Counted from the first letter of the whole stretch, positions 35,191 through 47,150 are shown. The stretch is 61,888 nt of DNA, filler included, from Asterionella formosa (GCA_002256025.1; 22 parts of 22 records of this genome joined end to end with filler, not necessarily neighbours in it); one strand, 5' to 3'. Notes: generated by a model not told the origin, from the sequence alone. Numbers and translations are program-made.

Positions 35191-35779
35191 ATTGTATCAT
35201 GCACGTGGTCGCTATCAAGTAAATAAGGACGACCATCGTTACGCGGCAGCAGTGCAAGCATGATACGGCAACATCTCTATTGCCACTCGTCAGAAACCTG
35301 TTGCAACTCATCATATACTGACATGCTCTTGACTTTGCTGAACAGTGCAAACTTAAGACGCCGAGATTCCAATTTACTGATTTCATTGACTTGTTGCAAA
35401 TTTAGAAGTGAGTGTCAATCTGGCCGTCATCATTGTATTTACCTTATTTGGTTCGGAATGGACTTAACTTCTACCAAATTACACTTCTAGCTCGATTGAC
35501 ACCCCGTGTATGGCTTCACTGACAAACTTGGATGAGCCCGCTGTTACTACCTTGCGACAGTTTCATTGATGATTTAGCAGGTTGCCCTCTCTTGTAGTAG
35601 AGTTAGTATATTCTATTCTTTGGATATTGTGATAGACTGAACCGGATTAGGATACATCATTTATAAGACGTGGGTATTGACTCTCAGTACACCCTTAGAC
35701 ATTTGTTACTAGTCTACCGGTATCGACTTAGCTTGATCGCATCGCCCGGTTGTCTTGCAGACCGATCCCTGATCGCTTC

Positions 35780-36560
35780 CTACACCCAAAACACATTTAC
35801 AGTCAAATGATGGGACAACATATTGACTGCTGTGGCTCCTGCCAGCAATATCCCAGTGGACGCTCCAAGTTTGACAAGGAACTCCGTGTCGGTTGGCAGT
35901 TGACTGACTACTATTTTGCTGTCGCCCGAGCTGATTCCGAGTGAGTATCCAGCTCGGTCCGTACATGGCATTCCAAGTTCGTACGCCACCGATCCATCGT
36001 GTGTTTCGACGTATCCCTTCGGCAAAGTGACTTGAACGTCCTTGACTTGCGAGGTCTCAACTCTAGTACCGTCTAACAATCCCACAATGCCATAGACTTT
36101 CCCAGATAGGCCACCAAACATTTCAAATTTATAGTCATCTAGCAAGGGCAGTGATGCAGGTGTCGAACTGAGACGTAGGTCGGAACTGGTTTCACCTTTT
36201 TGCAATTGCCGTGCATGCATCTGTTGAAGCATTTCAATGGGATATCCACTTAGCTCCACCACTTCTCGTCCCATGGTTCTCCAAAGTGCATATAGCTCAG
36301 GATCTTTGGATCCTTTTCTGGGAATGAACACAACGTAGTTGGAAAGGTTGTCTCGGAGGGCCCAATCCTGAAATGTTGTCCAGGGCAGATCATGCGTTGA
36401 CAGTTCTGGACGAATCATCGACAAATCTTGAGCATCGTTGGGTGGCTCCAATGCAATCTTCAGGTTTGATACGACGGGGAGAGTCTTCAATTCTCCGCGA
36501 AAGGTCGGCAGAGTTGAGAACGCGGCTGAAATCCGGCACCCAATTGCCAAAGCTATTGAT
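35780..36560 (-). CDS. Hypothetical algal protein, likely plastid-targeted, start codon off the contig
   Basis: SAAF signal-cleavage-like motif, open 256+ codon frame, hydrophobic C-terminus ending HHLTVNVFWV. Confidence 0.7.
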
Positions 36561-36837
36561 NNNNNNNNNNNNNNNNNNNNNNNNNNNNNNNNNNNNNNNN
36601 NNNNTTAATTAATTAANNNNNNNNNNNNNNNNNNNNNNNNNNNNNNNNNNNNNNNNNNNNCGACAAGGCGCTTTTAAATTTTTGTTTGCCTCCGAATTCT
36701 GAAACCAAGGAAGCAAAACATTCACAAATTCATACAACACTTTGTGTCTATACCGGTAGTAACCAAGCATTGCGCATCACATACTTACCTATTCGTGAAG
36801 GCATCACGCAGGTCTTGCGCGCCTCTATACAGATATC

Positions 36838-37476
36838 ATGTACACATTCGCCGTTCTGCCGTCCATTTTGTCCGCTCTCTTGATTCTATGGATGGACCAA
36901 ACGACGGCTTTCCGTATGATACCATCAAGATCGACCAAACAACTGACATCAAGCACATCGCGGAACCTCTTTGCCCAAGCACCCATGGAAGAAAAGGAAA
37001 AAGAAGACATTGGCAGAGAAAAGGACCGTGATTGGATACCCACATTGGGAGGATTTTTACCCAACATTAAGAAGGACAAGGCCGATACTGCCATGATTGA
37101 AGTCAAAACTCTCCAAGAATACAAGGACATTGTTGTGGATGAACGCGATAAGCTCGTTGTTGTTCATTTCTATGCTCCCTGGTGTCGGTCGTGCAAGGCT
37201 GTAGCACCACAGCTTACCAAATTACGGCATTTGCTTGGGGAACACGTCAAGTTTGTTAAAGTTCCTGTCGTTTCGGAAACTATGATGATTCATCAAGGCC
37301 TGGGAGTGCCGTCAGTGCCATTCGGACACATTTACCATCCAGACGTTGGTCTTGTGGAGGAGATGAAGATGAGCAAGAAGCATTTTGATGATTTTGCAAA
37401 TGTTCTTCGCCACTATGTGGCTGGCGAGTGCAAACTACCTGTGGACGAAGAACGACGGGAGGAGGACTTTGAGTAG
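36838..37476 (+). CDS. Thioredoxin-like protein (WCRSC active site), plastid-targeted
   Basis: LVVVHFYAPWCRSCKAV, plus a signal peptide ending TTAF followed by an S/T/R-rich transit peptide. Confidence 0.88.
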   Translation: MYTFAVLPSILSALLILWMDQTTAFRMIPSRSTKQLTSSTSRNLFAQAPMEEKEKEDIGREKDRDWIPTLGGFLPNIKKDKADTAMIEVKTLQEYKDIVVDERDKLVVVHFYAPWCRSCKAVAPQLTKLRHLLGEHVKFVKVPVVSETMMIHQGLGVPSVPFGHIYHPDVGLVEEMKMSKKHFDDFANVLRHYVAGECKLPVDEERREEDFE

Positions 37477-37577
37477 AAACGTGCTTTCTATTTTGTAAAA
37501 AGACTTAATAATCCAGTATTTTTTTCTTGGATCCTTCCAATACTAGCTCAATTAGGATATGATACTTCCTATTATTA

Positions 37578-38903
37578 TTATGATACTTTAGCCTTTTTGC
37601 TACATGGTTCTGCAACTGCAATTTCGTTCCCCACCCTCTCACGTATTGTTATCCGCTCAAGCGATCGAGCTGCTTCTGGTAAGGCAAAGCTGACACAGTA
37701 CATATTCTTCTTGGGTGAAACATCTCTTACCACATGTACTTGTGCATTGGAAATGTCACACCCTAATGCTTTCACACATCGATCAATTGCGTTGTGTTTG
37801 GCAATCTCAAGAGTTTTGGAATCAAAGCAATACACCATGATTTCAGGCAGTTTCGTACTCTTCCATCCTCGAAAGGCATCTAAAAATTCTGGTGCTGAGG
37901 CTGGTAAGTTCATTAGGACGAAATCCACCCCATTGTCGGTGTTGTCCAATTGATGTAAAAAGGCTCGACCGTCCATAGAATAACAAAAAATTCCGTGACA
38001 TTTATTCTTTTTTGCATTGATTTCAAGATAATGAAATGATGTTGGGTTCAAATCGTTGGCGTGGACTGTAATGGATGATTGCTTTTTATTATTTTCACAT
38101 GTCGTGAGTGGGATAGCAAATGGCCCTACCCCCGCCATGGCATCAGCAACAACAACAGCACCAGGTGTGGTTGATGATTTCTGTAGTATGTACTGCACCA
38201 TCCGCTTATGTTCTCCTGCCAACCTTGAATTCCAATACACATGTAAAAAGTCTAATTGAAATATACATTTTTCTTCCTTGACTGTGACAATATTCCATTT
38301 CCCATTTTCATTTCCACCAGCAATAACTTTCATATCAAACGTACGATATTCAGTATGAATGGTTCCGACTTTCGTCACAACCGTTGCAATCCGTGGTGCA
38401 TTCTTGTCAAGTAGTACCTTTCCAACAATGTTTTGAAATGGCAACACTTCATCCCGTAGATTGACATGCGCCACATGTCCAACAATTTCAAAGGCCGATG
38501 GAATTTCCTTAACGGGTAACAAGTCTCGCAAGACTTGTTCGACAGTCCAATCACTATAAGAAAGAGTTAGGTTGAATTGCGATTTCTGACACTTCAAAGT
38601 AATAATGGCATGAGCCACAGCGGCATGAGTCTCGTATATATTTGGAATTGTATTGGTCAAGACGAGTTTCCGAAGGAGTGGGTCGTCTTCGAACGGATAT
38701 ACAGCCTTGATTTTAGGCCTTTGCAATAAAACATCCTTGAGTGACTTTCGTAGCGTAGCTGTCAGTTTGGCTGGAATGATCAATGCTGGGTACGTGATTT
38801 GTTGTTCAAAGTAGGACTCGGGTGGAAATGCGTCCACAGGAATGACAACGGATGGATCCGATGGAGTCGCAAAGAAGGGGATCTTTCGGGACGATTCTGC
38901 CAT
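37578..38903 (-). CDS. TRM5: tRNA (guanine-37-N1)-methyltransferase Trm5
   Basis: PSAFEIVGHVAHVNLR, VGKVLLDKN, YRTFDM, VYWNSRL..EH.R, DAMAGVGPFAIP, ANDLNP.S, MNLPASAPEFLDAF, VRDVSPKK.MYCVSF. Likely start MAESSRK at 38903. Confidence 0.93.
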   Translation of the reverse strand: MAESSRKIPFFATPSDPSVVIPVDAFPPESYFEQQITYPALIIPAKLTATLRKSLKDVLLQRPKIKAVYPFEDDPLLRKLVLTNTIPNIYETHAAVAHAIITLKCQKSQFNLTLSYSDWTVEQVLRDLLPVKEIPSAFEIVGHVAHVNLRDEVLPFQNIVGKVLLDKNAPRIATVVTKVGTIHTEYRTFDMKVIAGGNENGKWNIVTVKEEKCIFQLDFLHVYWNSRLAGEHKRMVQYILQKSSTTPGAVVVADAMAGVGPFAIPLTTCENNKKQSSITVHANDLNPTSFHYLEINAKKNKCHGIFCYSMDGRAFLHQLDNTDNGVDFVLMNLPASAPEFLDAFRGWKSTKLPEIMVYCFDSKTLEIAKHNAIDRCVKALGCDISNAQVHVVRDVSPKKNMYCVSFALPEAARSLERITIRERVGNEIAVAEPCSKKAKVS

Positions 38904-39272
38904 ATTTGCGAGATTGGATCGGTTTGGTGGGAAGAGACAGTAGCGAGATATTGACGAGATGTGATGGTAAATGTAGAAACTACCCGTCTTGCAGATAGAA
39001 CGCCAATTTATCATCATTGGATAATAAATATTTTCCTCTGTTGTTGCTTGAATGGTTTCATACATCATACCGGTAGCCAGAACCGGTAAACAGTTACGGT
39101 ATGTACACCGACCGTTATTGTACTCCTTCTTTCGCTGAGGAGAGGATCATGCTGCTGATGCATTCGACCGGTGCTATAATTAGATCCCACCAGTGGTTTT
39201 TTCCGCCACCATTGATTTTGTTCTTTGATGCTTGCTTATTAGCATCACTACGGTACCTGGTACCTGGTACCA

Positions 39273-39361
39273 CCAGCAAGTTGCGGTCATTAATAAACAG
39301 TTTAAAATAGGATAAAGATTCCTAAACTTTTAGTTTCAGCACAATAACCGGAACTTGCAGG
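39273..39361. mobile_element. Second copy of the ~90-bp MITE
   Basis: CCAGCAAGTTGCGGTCATT...AATAACCGGAACTTGCAGG|TA, embedded in GGTACC arrays. Confidence 0.75.
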
Positions 39362-39475
39362 TACCAGGTACCAGGNNNNNNNNNNNNNNNNNNNNNNNNN
39401 NNNNNNNNNNNNNNNNNNNTTAATTAATTAANNNNNNNNNNNNNNNNNNNNNNNNNNNNNNNNNNNNNNNNNNNN

Positions 39476-42190
39476 TTGAGACTCTTCCAGACCTTGTAGT
39501 TCTAACATTTGGGTCTGAGTCATCCTGAGTGCTTGGATTGACTTCTAACATTGCCTCTTCATTTTCAGTTTCATTTGCTGGCTCTTCATCCTCATCTTGG
39601 ATTTCATCTGAATTCATTTCAATATTATTCTCATTGTTGCCCTCGTCAGGTTCAGGGTCATCCTCTTGAGTATTGTCATTTAATTCGAGCTGTTCTGCTT
39701 CATATATTTCATCCGGAGTCATTTCGTCATAGTCTTCTTCTCCAAGAATTTCATCATTGCTTTCGTTGTCACTAGCATCTTGATCTTCATAATCTTCATC
39801 TTGTGCATCTTCAAATGCTTCATTATCATAATCCACTCCTGCAATCCAAGCACTATCATAAAATAGTTGCCCCGTTCGATTTGCTATCTTGAGACCATCT
39901 GGCATATTTTCCTGCACAGCAAGGGCGTGTACTTGATTCATGATTGCTGGGGTAAGTGGTAGAGGAGTAATTGTTCGTCTAGTGATCAATGAATTTGTAG
40001 GTAGGTGTAACAATTCATGACCTCCTTGCACATTGTCATTGTAGCGTAGAAAAATGCAATCTAGGCTGCGAGGTGCATTTGTGTTTGAAAACACAGGTTC
40101 TTCATGTGCTTGGACATAAGTGCCAAATGTATACTGGCAATGTCGAGCATAGTCCAGGTTTCGTTGATGTAAAATCATACGAGGACTGTAATACGGGGAT
40201 ATCCCGTTCTTTGCCGGAAAGAAATTCAGTTTCCTTGCAGATTCTGTCACTAGAATCTTAATCATCAGTCGCGGCAAATGTTTGAAAGGTAATCGATGAT
40301 AAGCTGCGCGCACGCGTTCTTTAATCACTCGATTATTTCGCTCCGCTTCGGGAACATGTTCTTGTGGGTTTGCGTAGTTCATAGTGACTTGAAATTCATT
40401 GGAAATTTGTTCCATCAAAGGTCGAAACTCGTTGTCACAGTGGATTGTTGTAATTTTAAATCCTCCGGTATTATAAACACGGAATACTTGAATCAAAGCA
40501 TCTCGATAGACTTCAGCTGTCTGATTCTTGACCCATTGCGCTGTCCTATACATAATGTTTCGAGAAATTGTTGTGAGAAATGATTGTCCATTGACTTTCA
40601 TTCCATCCATGCAAAGAGTCACTTCACGTTGAGCTTGGATAAGCTCCTTAGGAATCTCGATGTAGTCGTTCACGACTGGCAGCGGCTTGCGACGAGTTGT
40701 CTTGCCTTTTAGTGTTCCGATGTCAGGTCCAAAAATTTTCTCTGCAATTTTGATATCATCGGTAGTCACTGGATTATTGTTGATCGTATTCATACGAATT
40801 ATTGCCTTGAAATCATTAATTGATGGTGTACCCAAGGCTTGAAATAGATCACGAGCTTGCTTAGCTCTCTGAAATTGACGTTCAGTGTAAAATGTTTTGT
40901 TTTCTTCAAGTGTATTCAACATTTGAGCATTCTCCGCTCTAATTCTTGTAGTTGGCTTGAAAACATATAAGTTCATCCCAATTCTTTCAAATCGAACTGT
41001 TTTGTCTGGCAAATGAACAATGAATGCATCTTCTTTCTCAGAGTCATAGGTAATTCTGTACCTATCTGCCATTTCAGCATAACTGAAGATGTTTGTGATA
41101 GCCTTTTCATTAAACCATACTTCTCCCCATTCTGGAAGATCAGCCTTCATATTAGTTACCATGGATCCACCATTTGTGGCCAGGTGCATGCTTCCGTTGG
41201 TTGACATTCGAATGTTATTAACCATTTTTGGATTGCAAAAGACTGTGACACTTGATTGATTATCCAATAGAATCCAGTCGCGCATCTCAGATGCTTGGTA
41301 AAATTGTAGTTTCATATGAGCTCCCGTCCATCCAAATTGATTGGCATTTGCTTGTTGTGAAGCTTGTGATGACGGCGGGTTGTTGGAATTAACAGAGGTA
41401 ACTGTACTTGTGTCGGATGTATTAGCCTGTGCCTGTGCATGGCTTTGGGCCTTGTTGATAGCCCATTCCTCTTTGGGTTTGTTCTTGTCTCGGCACGAAG
41501 GAGATTTGTGACCTGCTTTTCCGCAGCAGTAACATTTTCCTTCTAACTGTGCAAACGATAAGTTCACATCTTCGTCTTCCCTGCCTGCATCCTTCTGTTT
41601 CCTCTCTTTATCATTATCTCCTGGTTTCTTGTAGACGGATTTATTTGTTACGTCAAACCGATGGTTGCTGAGAACATTATTTGATTCGGTGATGCTCTTC
41701 GGGTATTGATCGTTGCCGAGTGACTGTTGAGTGTTCAACCCGGTCATAATTGAACCGTATTTAGCTTTATCGGCATTATCGAGATATAAATATGCCATAA
41801 ATTGACTGAAAGCTTGTTCGCGAAATTTATCTCGTTGTTTGATGTCATTCTCATTGTATCCATCCATGGCTTCAACGAACTTGGTGAGGATAATGGGTCC
41901 TCCCATGTGTGACTTGAGCACATCTCGTGCCACACGAAATCTCTTGGTGTAGTCTTGTAGACTTTCTCCTTCCTTTTGCTTCGTGAACAAAAGCGTTCTC
42001 ATCGCATCTAAAATGATCGACATTGAATATCGATTCTCCTGAAAATTTAATGCGTGTTCTTTAATTGCCATAAGCAATGTTATTGGGTTATTTTTGATCC
42101 TATTGTAATCGGATCTCGCTTCAATCTTGTTCTTCATGGCTTTGTTGCATCTTTCCCAGAGCAACGCATATGCCTTGGTATTATTATTTT
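39476..42190 (-). mobile_element. Ty1/copia (CoDi-type) gag-pol: gag, zinc knuckle, protease, integrase; uninterrupted
   Basis: CYCCGKAGHKSPSC, WILLDNQSS, AEKIFGPD..TLKGKT, LCMDGMKVNG, IHCDNEF, EHVPEAERNNR, WIAGVD. Open across the whole contig. Confidence 0.95.
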
Positions 42191-42390
42191 NNNNNNNNNN
42201 NNNNNNNNNNNNNNNNNNNNNNNNNNNNNNNNNNTTAATTAATTAANNNNNNNNNNNNNNNNNNNNNNNNNNNNNNNNNNNNNNNNNNNNCCTTCAAAAT
42301 ATTCCAAATTTTGGAAAACTTGTAAACCCAAAAGTAAAATTTATTATAAATTGAAAACTATAGCTATCAAAACAATAATAAACTTTTACC

Positions 42391-44778
42391 ATGAAAAAAA
42401 TAATTACTTTTGGCACCTTTCTTTTATTCTTTCTAAACTCCGCGGCGTACTCACAAACTTGTAATTGCAGTCGCACGATCACGCAAAGTGGCATATATAA
42501 CGGGGCCACCATGAATGTTCAGCCCGGTGAAGTTATATGTATTCAATCTGGGGAATATTCACTCCTTAGATTTGTAGATTTTGTGGGCACGGAAGATCAA
42601 CCTATTGTCTTTAAAAATTGTGGTGGAAGAGTGACGATTTCTCACAACCAATATTATGGAGCATTGGACTTTTTAGGTTCAAAACACTTTAAAGTTACTG
42701 GAACAGGTAACCCCGATTTTCAATATGGAATTTTTATATCAGGTACAGGCCAAAATGCCAGCGGACTTTCTGTGGCGGGTTTGAGTAGTAACTGTGAAAT
42801 TGATCACTTAGAAATACAAAATACAGGTTTTGCAGGAATGCTCATTAAAACCGACCCTAACTGCAATCCCAACTCTTGGAGAGCAAATTTTACAATGCGA
42901 AAGGTATCCATCCACCACAACTATATTCATAATACGGGTGGCGAAGGTTTATATGTAGGTAGCAGCTTTTTTAATGGGAAATCTATCACTTGTGAGGGGC
43001 AAACCATTACCGTATTTCCGCATTTGATAGAAGGCTTAAAAATATATGACAATATCACAGAAAATACCGGTGCGGATGGTATTCAATATTCTTGTTCGCC
43101 CCAAGCTGAGGTTTATAACAACATAGTAAATTCCTACGGAATTTCGCCTTTTGAAGTTTATCAAAATAATGGAATACAAGCTGGTGCAAGCGGTGGAAAA
43201 TGTTTCGGAAATAAAATTACTAATGGCTCAGGAAATGGAATAATAATCACTCAACCGACTGATAATATATCTGTTTATAACAATCTGGTGGTAAATTCAG
43301 GTAAAAATAGCTTATTTGGTGATGACCGCACAACTTCAAATATAAGCTTTTTGATTGCAAATAATACTTTCGTAAAATCTGGACAAGAAAACATCAAACT
43401 CTACGGCAACCTAAGTACAAAGAATATTTATAACAATATTTTGGTCGAACCTTATGGCAACGCCATATATATATCTTATGGCAGTGGAGCTCAAGGCGAT
43501 GAAAAAAATAATCTAAAAATACCGTCAATTACGGAGGCATTATTTAAGAGTCCTACAGATTTTCATACCACTATAAATTCTCCTGCTGTAAATGCTGGCT
43601 ACGATATTTCTTCCTTAAATATTGTAAATGATATAGAAGGCAACCTTCGGTCAAATGGGGGTAAATATGATATTGGAGCTTATGAATCTCTCGTAAATCC
43701 TCCTGTTTTAGACGCCCTTTCCAATAAAGTATTGTCATCGGGCAGTTCACTTAGTTTCAATATTTCAGCTATAGATCCAGACGGAGAAATACCAGCTTTT
43801 GGTGTTGAGAATCGGCCAACATTTGTTAGTTTAACAGATAATGGAAATGGAACAGCCACATTTTCGGCCATTCCACAATCTCAAAACCAAACCTTTGATT
43901 TAACCTTTGTGGCAACTGATCAAACTGGTGGCAGGAGTACAAAAACGATTCAGATTACGTTATATGCTAACGTACCTAATTCCACGCAAAGCCTGTTCAG
44001 AATTAATGCCGGAGGAACAGAATTGAGTACAGCAAATGGTGATTTTACCATAGATACCTCTAATAATCCTTCACCTTTCTCAAATGTGGCAGAAGCAGGT
44101 AGTCTTGGCGGTACCAGTATTATTTCCACGAATCAGACAGATTTACCCAATCAAGTTTTTCAAACTTTCAGAAGAGATAGCCAGTCAGGAGACGATATGC
44201 GGTGGAGTTTTCCTGTTTTCTATGATCCAAGCTGGTACAAAGTAAATTTGTATTTCAATGAAACGGTAAGTTCAGCCAATAGGCAGTTTAATATTATCAT
44301 TGAAGGTGATATCGTAGCTCCAAATTTTAACATCAAGGCAGAAGCCGGTGTAAAAAATGCTCTAAAAAAATCTTTTAATGTTTATGTTTCGGATGCTAAT
44401 TTGAACTTACAACTTCAACGCATCCTAGATAATCCATTGATTTCGGCTATAGAGATTATTTCTTTAGGCGTAAATAACCCTGGTGGAAGACTTAATTATT
44501 CTAATGAAAGTCCAATAGAAGAAATTCCGTTAGAAATGAATGTTTACCCAAATCCTGCCAAAGATTTTCTACATATTAATCAAATTAAATTAGAAAATAA
44601 AACGGGCATAAATCAACTTCAATTGGTGAATAGCAATGGACAATCAGTTTGGAAAACCAATCTTTCAAATTTCGACACCGAATTACAAATACCTATCCAT
44701 CAACTTAATGCGGGATTGTATGAGGTGGTTTTAAATAATTCGGGAAAAATTTGGACGAAGAAATTTGTTAAAAACTGA
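42391..44778 (+). CDS. Bacteroidetes T9SS-secreted protein: right-handed beta-helix, Ig-like and malectin domains, type A CTD
   Basis: Signal peptide MKKII...AYSQ; parallel beta-helix repeats (IHHNYIHNTGGEGLYVG); SPAVNAG...DIGAYE; FRINAGG...YKVNLYFNE...ISAIEI (malectin); VYPNPA...GLY...KKFVKN. Confidence 0.92.
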   Translation: MKKIITFGTFLLFFLNSAAYSQTCNCSRTITQSGIYNGATMNVQPGEVICIQSGEYSLLRFVDFVGTEDQPIVFKNCGGRVTISHNQYYGALDFLGSKHFKVTGTGNPDFQYGIFISGTGQNASGLSVAGLSSNCEIDHLEIQNTGFAGMLIKTDPNCNPNSWRANFTMRKVSIHHNYIHNTGGEGLYVGSSFFNGKSITCEGQTITVFPHLIEGLKIYDNITENTGADGIQYSCSPQAEVYNNIVNSYGISPFEVYQNNGIQAGASGGKCFGNKITNGSGNGIIITQPTDNISVYNNLVVNSGKNSLFGDDRTTSNISFLIANNTFVKSGQENIKLYGNLSTKNIYNNILVEPYGNAIYISYGSGAQGDEKNNLKIPSITEALFKSPTDFHTTINSPAVNAGYDISSLNIVNDIEGNLRSNGGKYDIGAYESLVNPPVLDALSNKVLSSGSSLSFNISAIDPDGEIPAFGVENRPTFVSLTDNGNGTATFSAIPQSQNQTFDLTFVATDQTGGRSTKTIQITLYANVPNSTQSLFRINAGGTELSTANGDFTIDTSNNPSPFSNVAEAGSLGGTSIISTNQTDLPNQVFQTFRRDSQSGDDMRWSFPVFYDPSWYKVNLYFNETVSSANRQFNIIIEGDIVAPNFNIKAEAGVKNALKKSFNVYVSDANLNLQLQRILDNPLISAIEIISLGVNNPGGRLNYSNESPIEEIPLEMNVYPNPAKDFLHINQIKLENKTGINQLQLVNSNGQSVWKTNLSNFDTELQIPIHQLNAGLYEVVLNNSGKIWTKKFVKN

Positions 44779-45105
44779 ATCAAAAAAAAGCTTATTTCCA
44801 TTATATAAAACTTTGCAGAAAAGGGATGGCTAAAAAACTATGGGCTTAAACTGAATATCGACCCTTCGATTTCTTGCTCTACCTTCCCATGTACTATTAT
44901 CATGGGAGGGAGCATCAAAAGCGAAATCTTTAAATCTGATTTTCTCTTGAGGGATGTCAAAATTTTTAAGTAAATCTATGGCAGATTGGCTACGCATACG
45001 GCTTANNNNNNNNNNNNNNNNNNNNNNNNNNNNNNNNNNNNNNNNNNNNTTAATTAATTAANNNNNNNNNNNNNNNNNNNNNNNNNNNNNNNNNNNNNNN
45101 NNNNN

Positions 45106-45631
45106 AGAACAACGGGTTGATTCTCAACACAGTCGACAAGAGTTCGAAACCAATACCAAGCCAAACACTTGTGAGAACAATAATGGCGGGAAGGTAGAGA
45201 AGATTTGATCTGAATTGGTCTTCTTTCAATGTGACAGTGCAAATTCCAGTGTCGATCTAGCATTTTGGAGATGTTGAGACTGCAAACTTCGATCCAGTTT
45301 CCTTGAGCTCCGTCTTCAATGCGTCAAACTCAGCATCTGGCATCATCGGTTCACCTTTCAAGTATGCCTGCATGGCGGCGAGATATGTGGCTTCCTTTCG
45401 GTTCATGACAACCATGTCAGATCCGTTCCATTGCAAATCTTCCTTCAATAGGTCAAACTCGTCATCCTTGAGCATTTGCCTTCCAGTGGCATACCGGTAG
45501 TAGGACTGAAGCGCGTCCAGAAAGATACGCTCCTTTTCGGCTACTGTGAGACGAATGAGTTCCCCACTTTCCGGATCGACGACACAGTATTCCTCGTCAG
45601 GACTACCGGTACTTTCGTTTTTGCTTGATTC
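45106..45631 (-). pseudogene. PGRL1: PGRL1 (PGR5-like 1) homolog, premature stop; continues on contig 22
   Basis: FLDALQSYY...DDEFDLLKEDLQWNGSDMVVM...YLAAMQAY..G.PMM.DAEFDALK.ELK..GS....PKC*IDTGIC, with TAG at 45257-45259 and an acceptor CCCATAG at 45632. Confidence 0.88.
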
Positions 45632-45756
45632 CTATGGGGAAAGATGAAAGTAAGAATTTTTATTTACTCATAAATAGTTACTAACAAAATGGTTATTTGT
45701 TTTTAATCAAGTACAGCCATTTGCAAATAACCGGACGCTGGTGTCGTTTCTTTTGC

Positions 45757-45978
45757 TCCATCGACCGAGTCGGACAGAAGTGTCATGTATATGACAAGTC
45801 TCTTCGTTCCAACCACTCCTCATATTCGAAACCGTTTGATTCGTCGTTGTGGCAAGTTTTGTTGCGCAGGAGGTCACAAATAGGCGGGAGACATCCATCG
45901 ACCAAGTCGGACAGAAGTGTCAGGTCAGTTCTTGTCACATCTCTTCGTTCCAACTCCTCTTATTCGAAACCGTTTGAT
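45757..45978. repeat. Direct repeat pair (~84 bp, period 137)
   Basis: TCCATCGACC.AGTCGGACAGAAGTGTCA...TCTCTTCGTTCCAAC...TATTCGAAACCGTTTGAT at 45757 and 45894. Confidence 0.85.
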
Positions 45979-46203
45979 ACGGCGGGATACAACCTTCCTC
46001 GCTGTTTCCCAAGTCCAATGGTACCACCAGAATGCAGCAAAGTTTTCTTCCCATTCATGATCCTTGGGACTTCGTCATGTTGTGGCGTTCTACCCCCTGC
46101 TCCATAACCACAGCCACCCTGTCGCGTCCCATTGCAACGCACGATAATGGTTGATGTACCAAATTTTTCCGGTATAATAGAGGAGGGATCGCTTTGACTT
46201 TCA

Positions 46204-46382
46204 CAGCCTCTCTAAAGAGCTGCGACAGAAAATAATAGGGATAAACATAGTACCACCATAACCGTACATGGCAGCCTCTACAGAGCTGCGACAGAAAATA
46301 ATAGGGAAAAACATAGTACCACCATAACCGTACATCGAGTTTTTAATCTTATTGGATAGTATCCAATAAGATTAAAAACTCG
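46204..46382. repeat. Two ~67-bp tandem units followed by a perfect 47-bp palindrome
   Basis: Units start at 46204 and 46272. CGAGTTTTTAATCTTATTGGATA-G-TATCCAATAAGATTAAAAACTCG at 46336-46382. Confidence 0.92.
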
Positions 46383-47038
46383 TCACGCACTTTGTAATCA
46401 CAAGACCATCTATGGAAATCAGCACAATTATATAAGTTTGTCAGATATCACTTGTCGAGGCTCATATATTAATTGTAACTCTGTAATAAAAGGAATTTTT
46501 AATATTCTATAAAGTCGGAAAACCCGTGCTCCTGGTGAAATATGCAATGTACCATGGATAGTAGCTCAAGCTGCATATGATGCAGCTGCAAAACATGTAA
46601 CCACAATATTTTGAACTTAAAATTCATTAATAGGAGGATGAGCCTATTATATAACCTGTAGACTGTTACTGATATATTGATGAAAACATTAACAGATACT
46701 AGCATTGGCTTGTGGATTCTTGACTGTTAGTTGTAACAACTTAAATTCCATTCAACACTAACATATGCAAAAAGGAATACCATTAAATTCACCTCCATTG
46801 TCATGTATACAATGTTCTTGACGGGGATATCGGGCCAACTACTCAATTTCAAACTTCATTGCAATATATTCTAATGATTTATTGTAGCCGGTTCGAAAAG
46901 GAGGAGTCAATTGCATTGTTCATTTTTTTCACACAAGGTCGATCTGGTCACCATTCGTCTGAAAAAACCCGTTAGGCCTAACAGTTTTGCTGTAAGACCC
47001 ACTGCCCCAAAAATTCTCAGTATGAACGTATCATTTTT

Positions 47039-47150
47039 TGATTGATCATACAAAAAATGATTGATCATACAAAAATACTGATTGATCACACAGAAATATT
47101 GATTGATCATACAGAAATACTGATTGATCATACAAAAGACTGATTGATTC
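47039..47150. repeat. 21-bp minisatellite (~5 copies)
   Basis: TGATTGATCATACA(G/A)AAATAC repeated. Confidence 0.9.

Noticed and set aside
37578..39068. 496-aa TRM5 start at 39068
   Set aside because: The first 55 residues look like in-frame upstream sequence. MAESSRK at 38903 is the more plausible start, although a targeting extension cannot be excluded.
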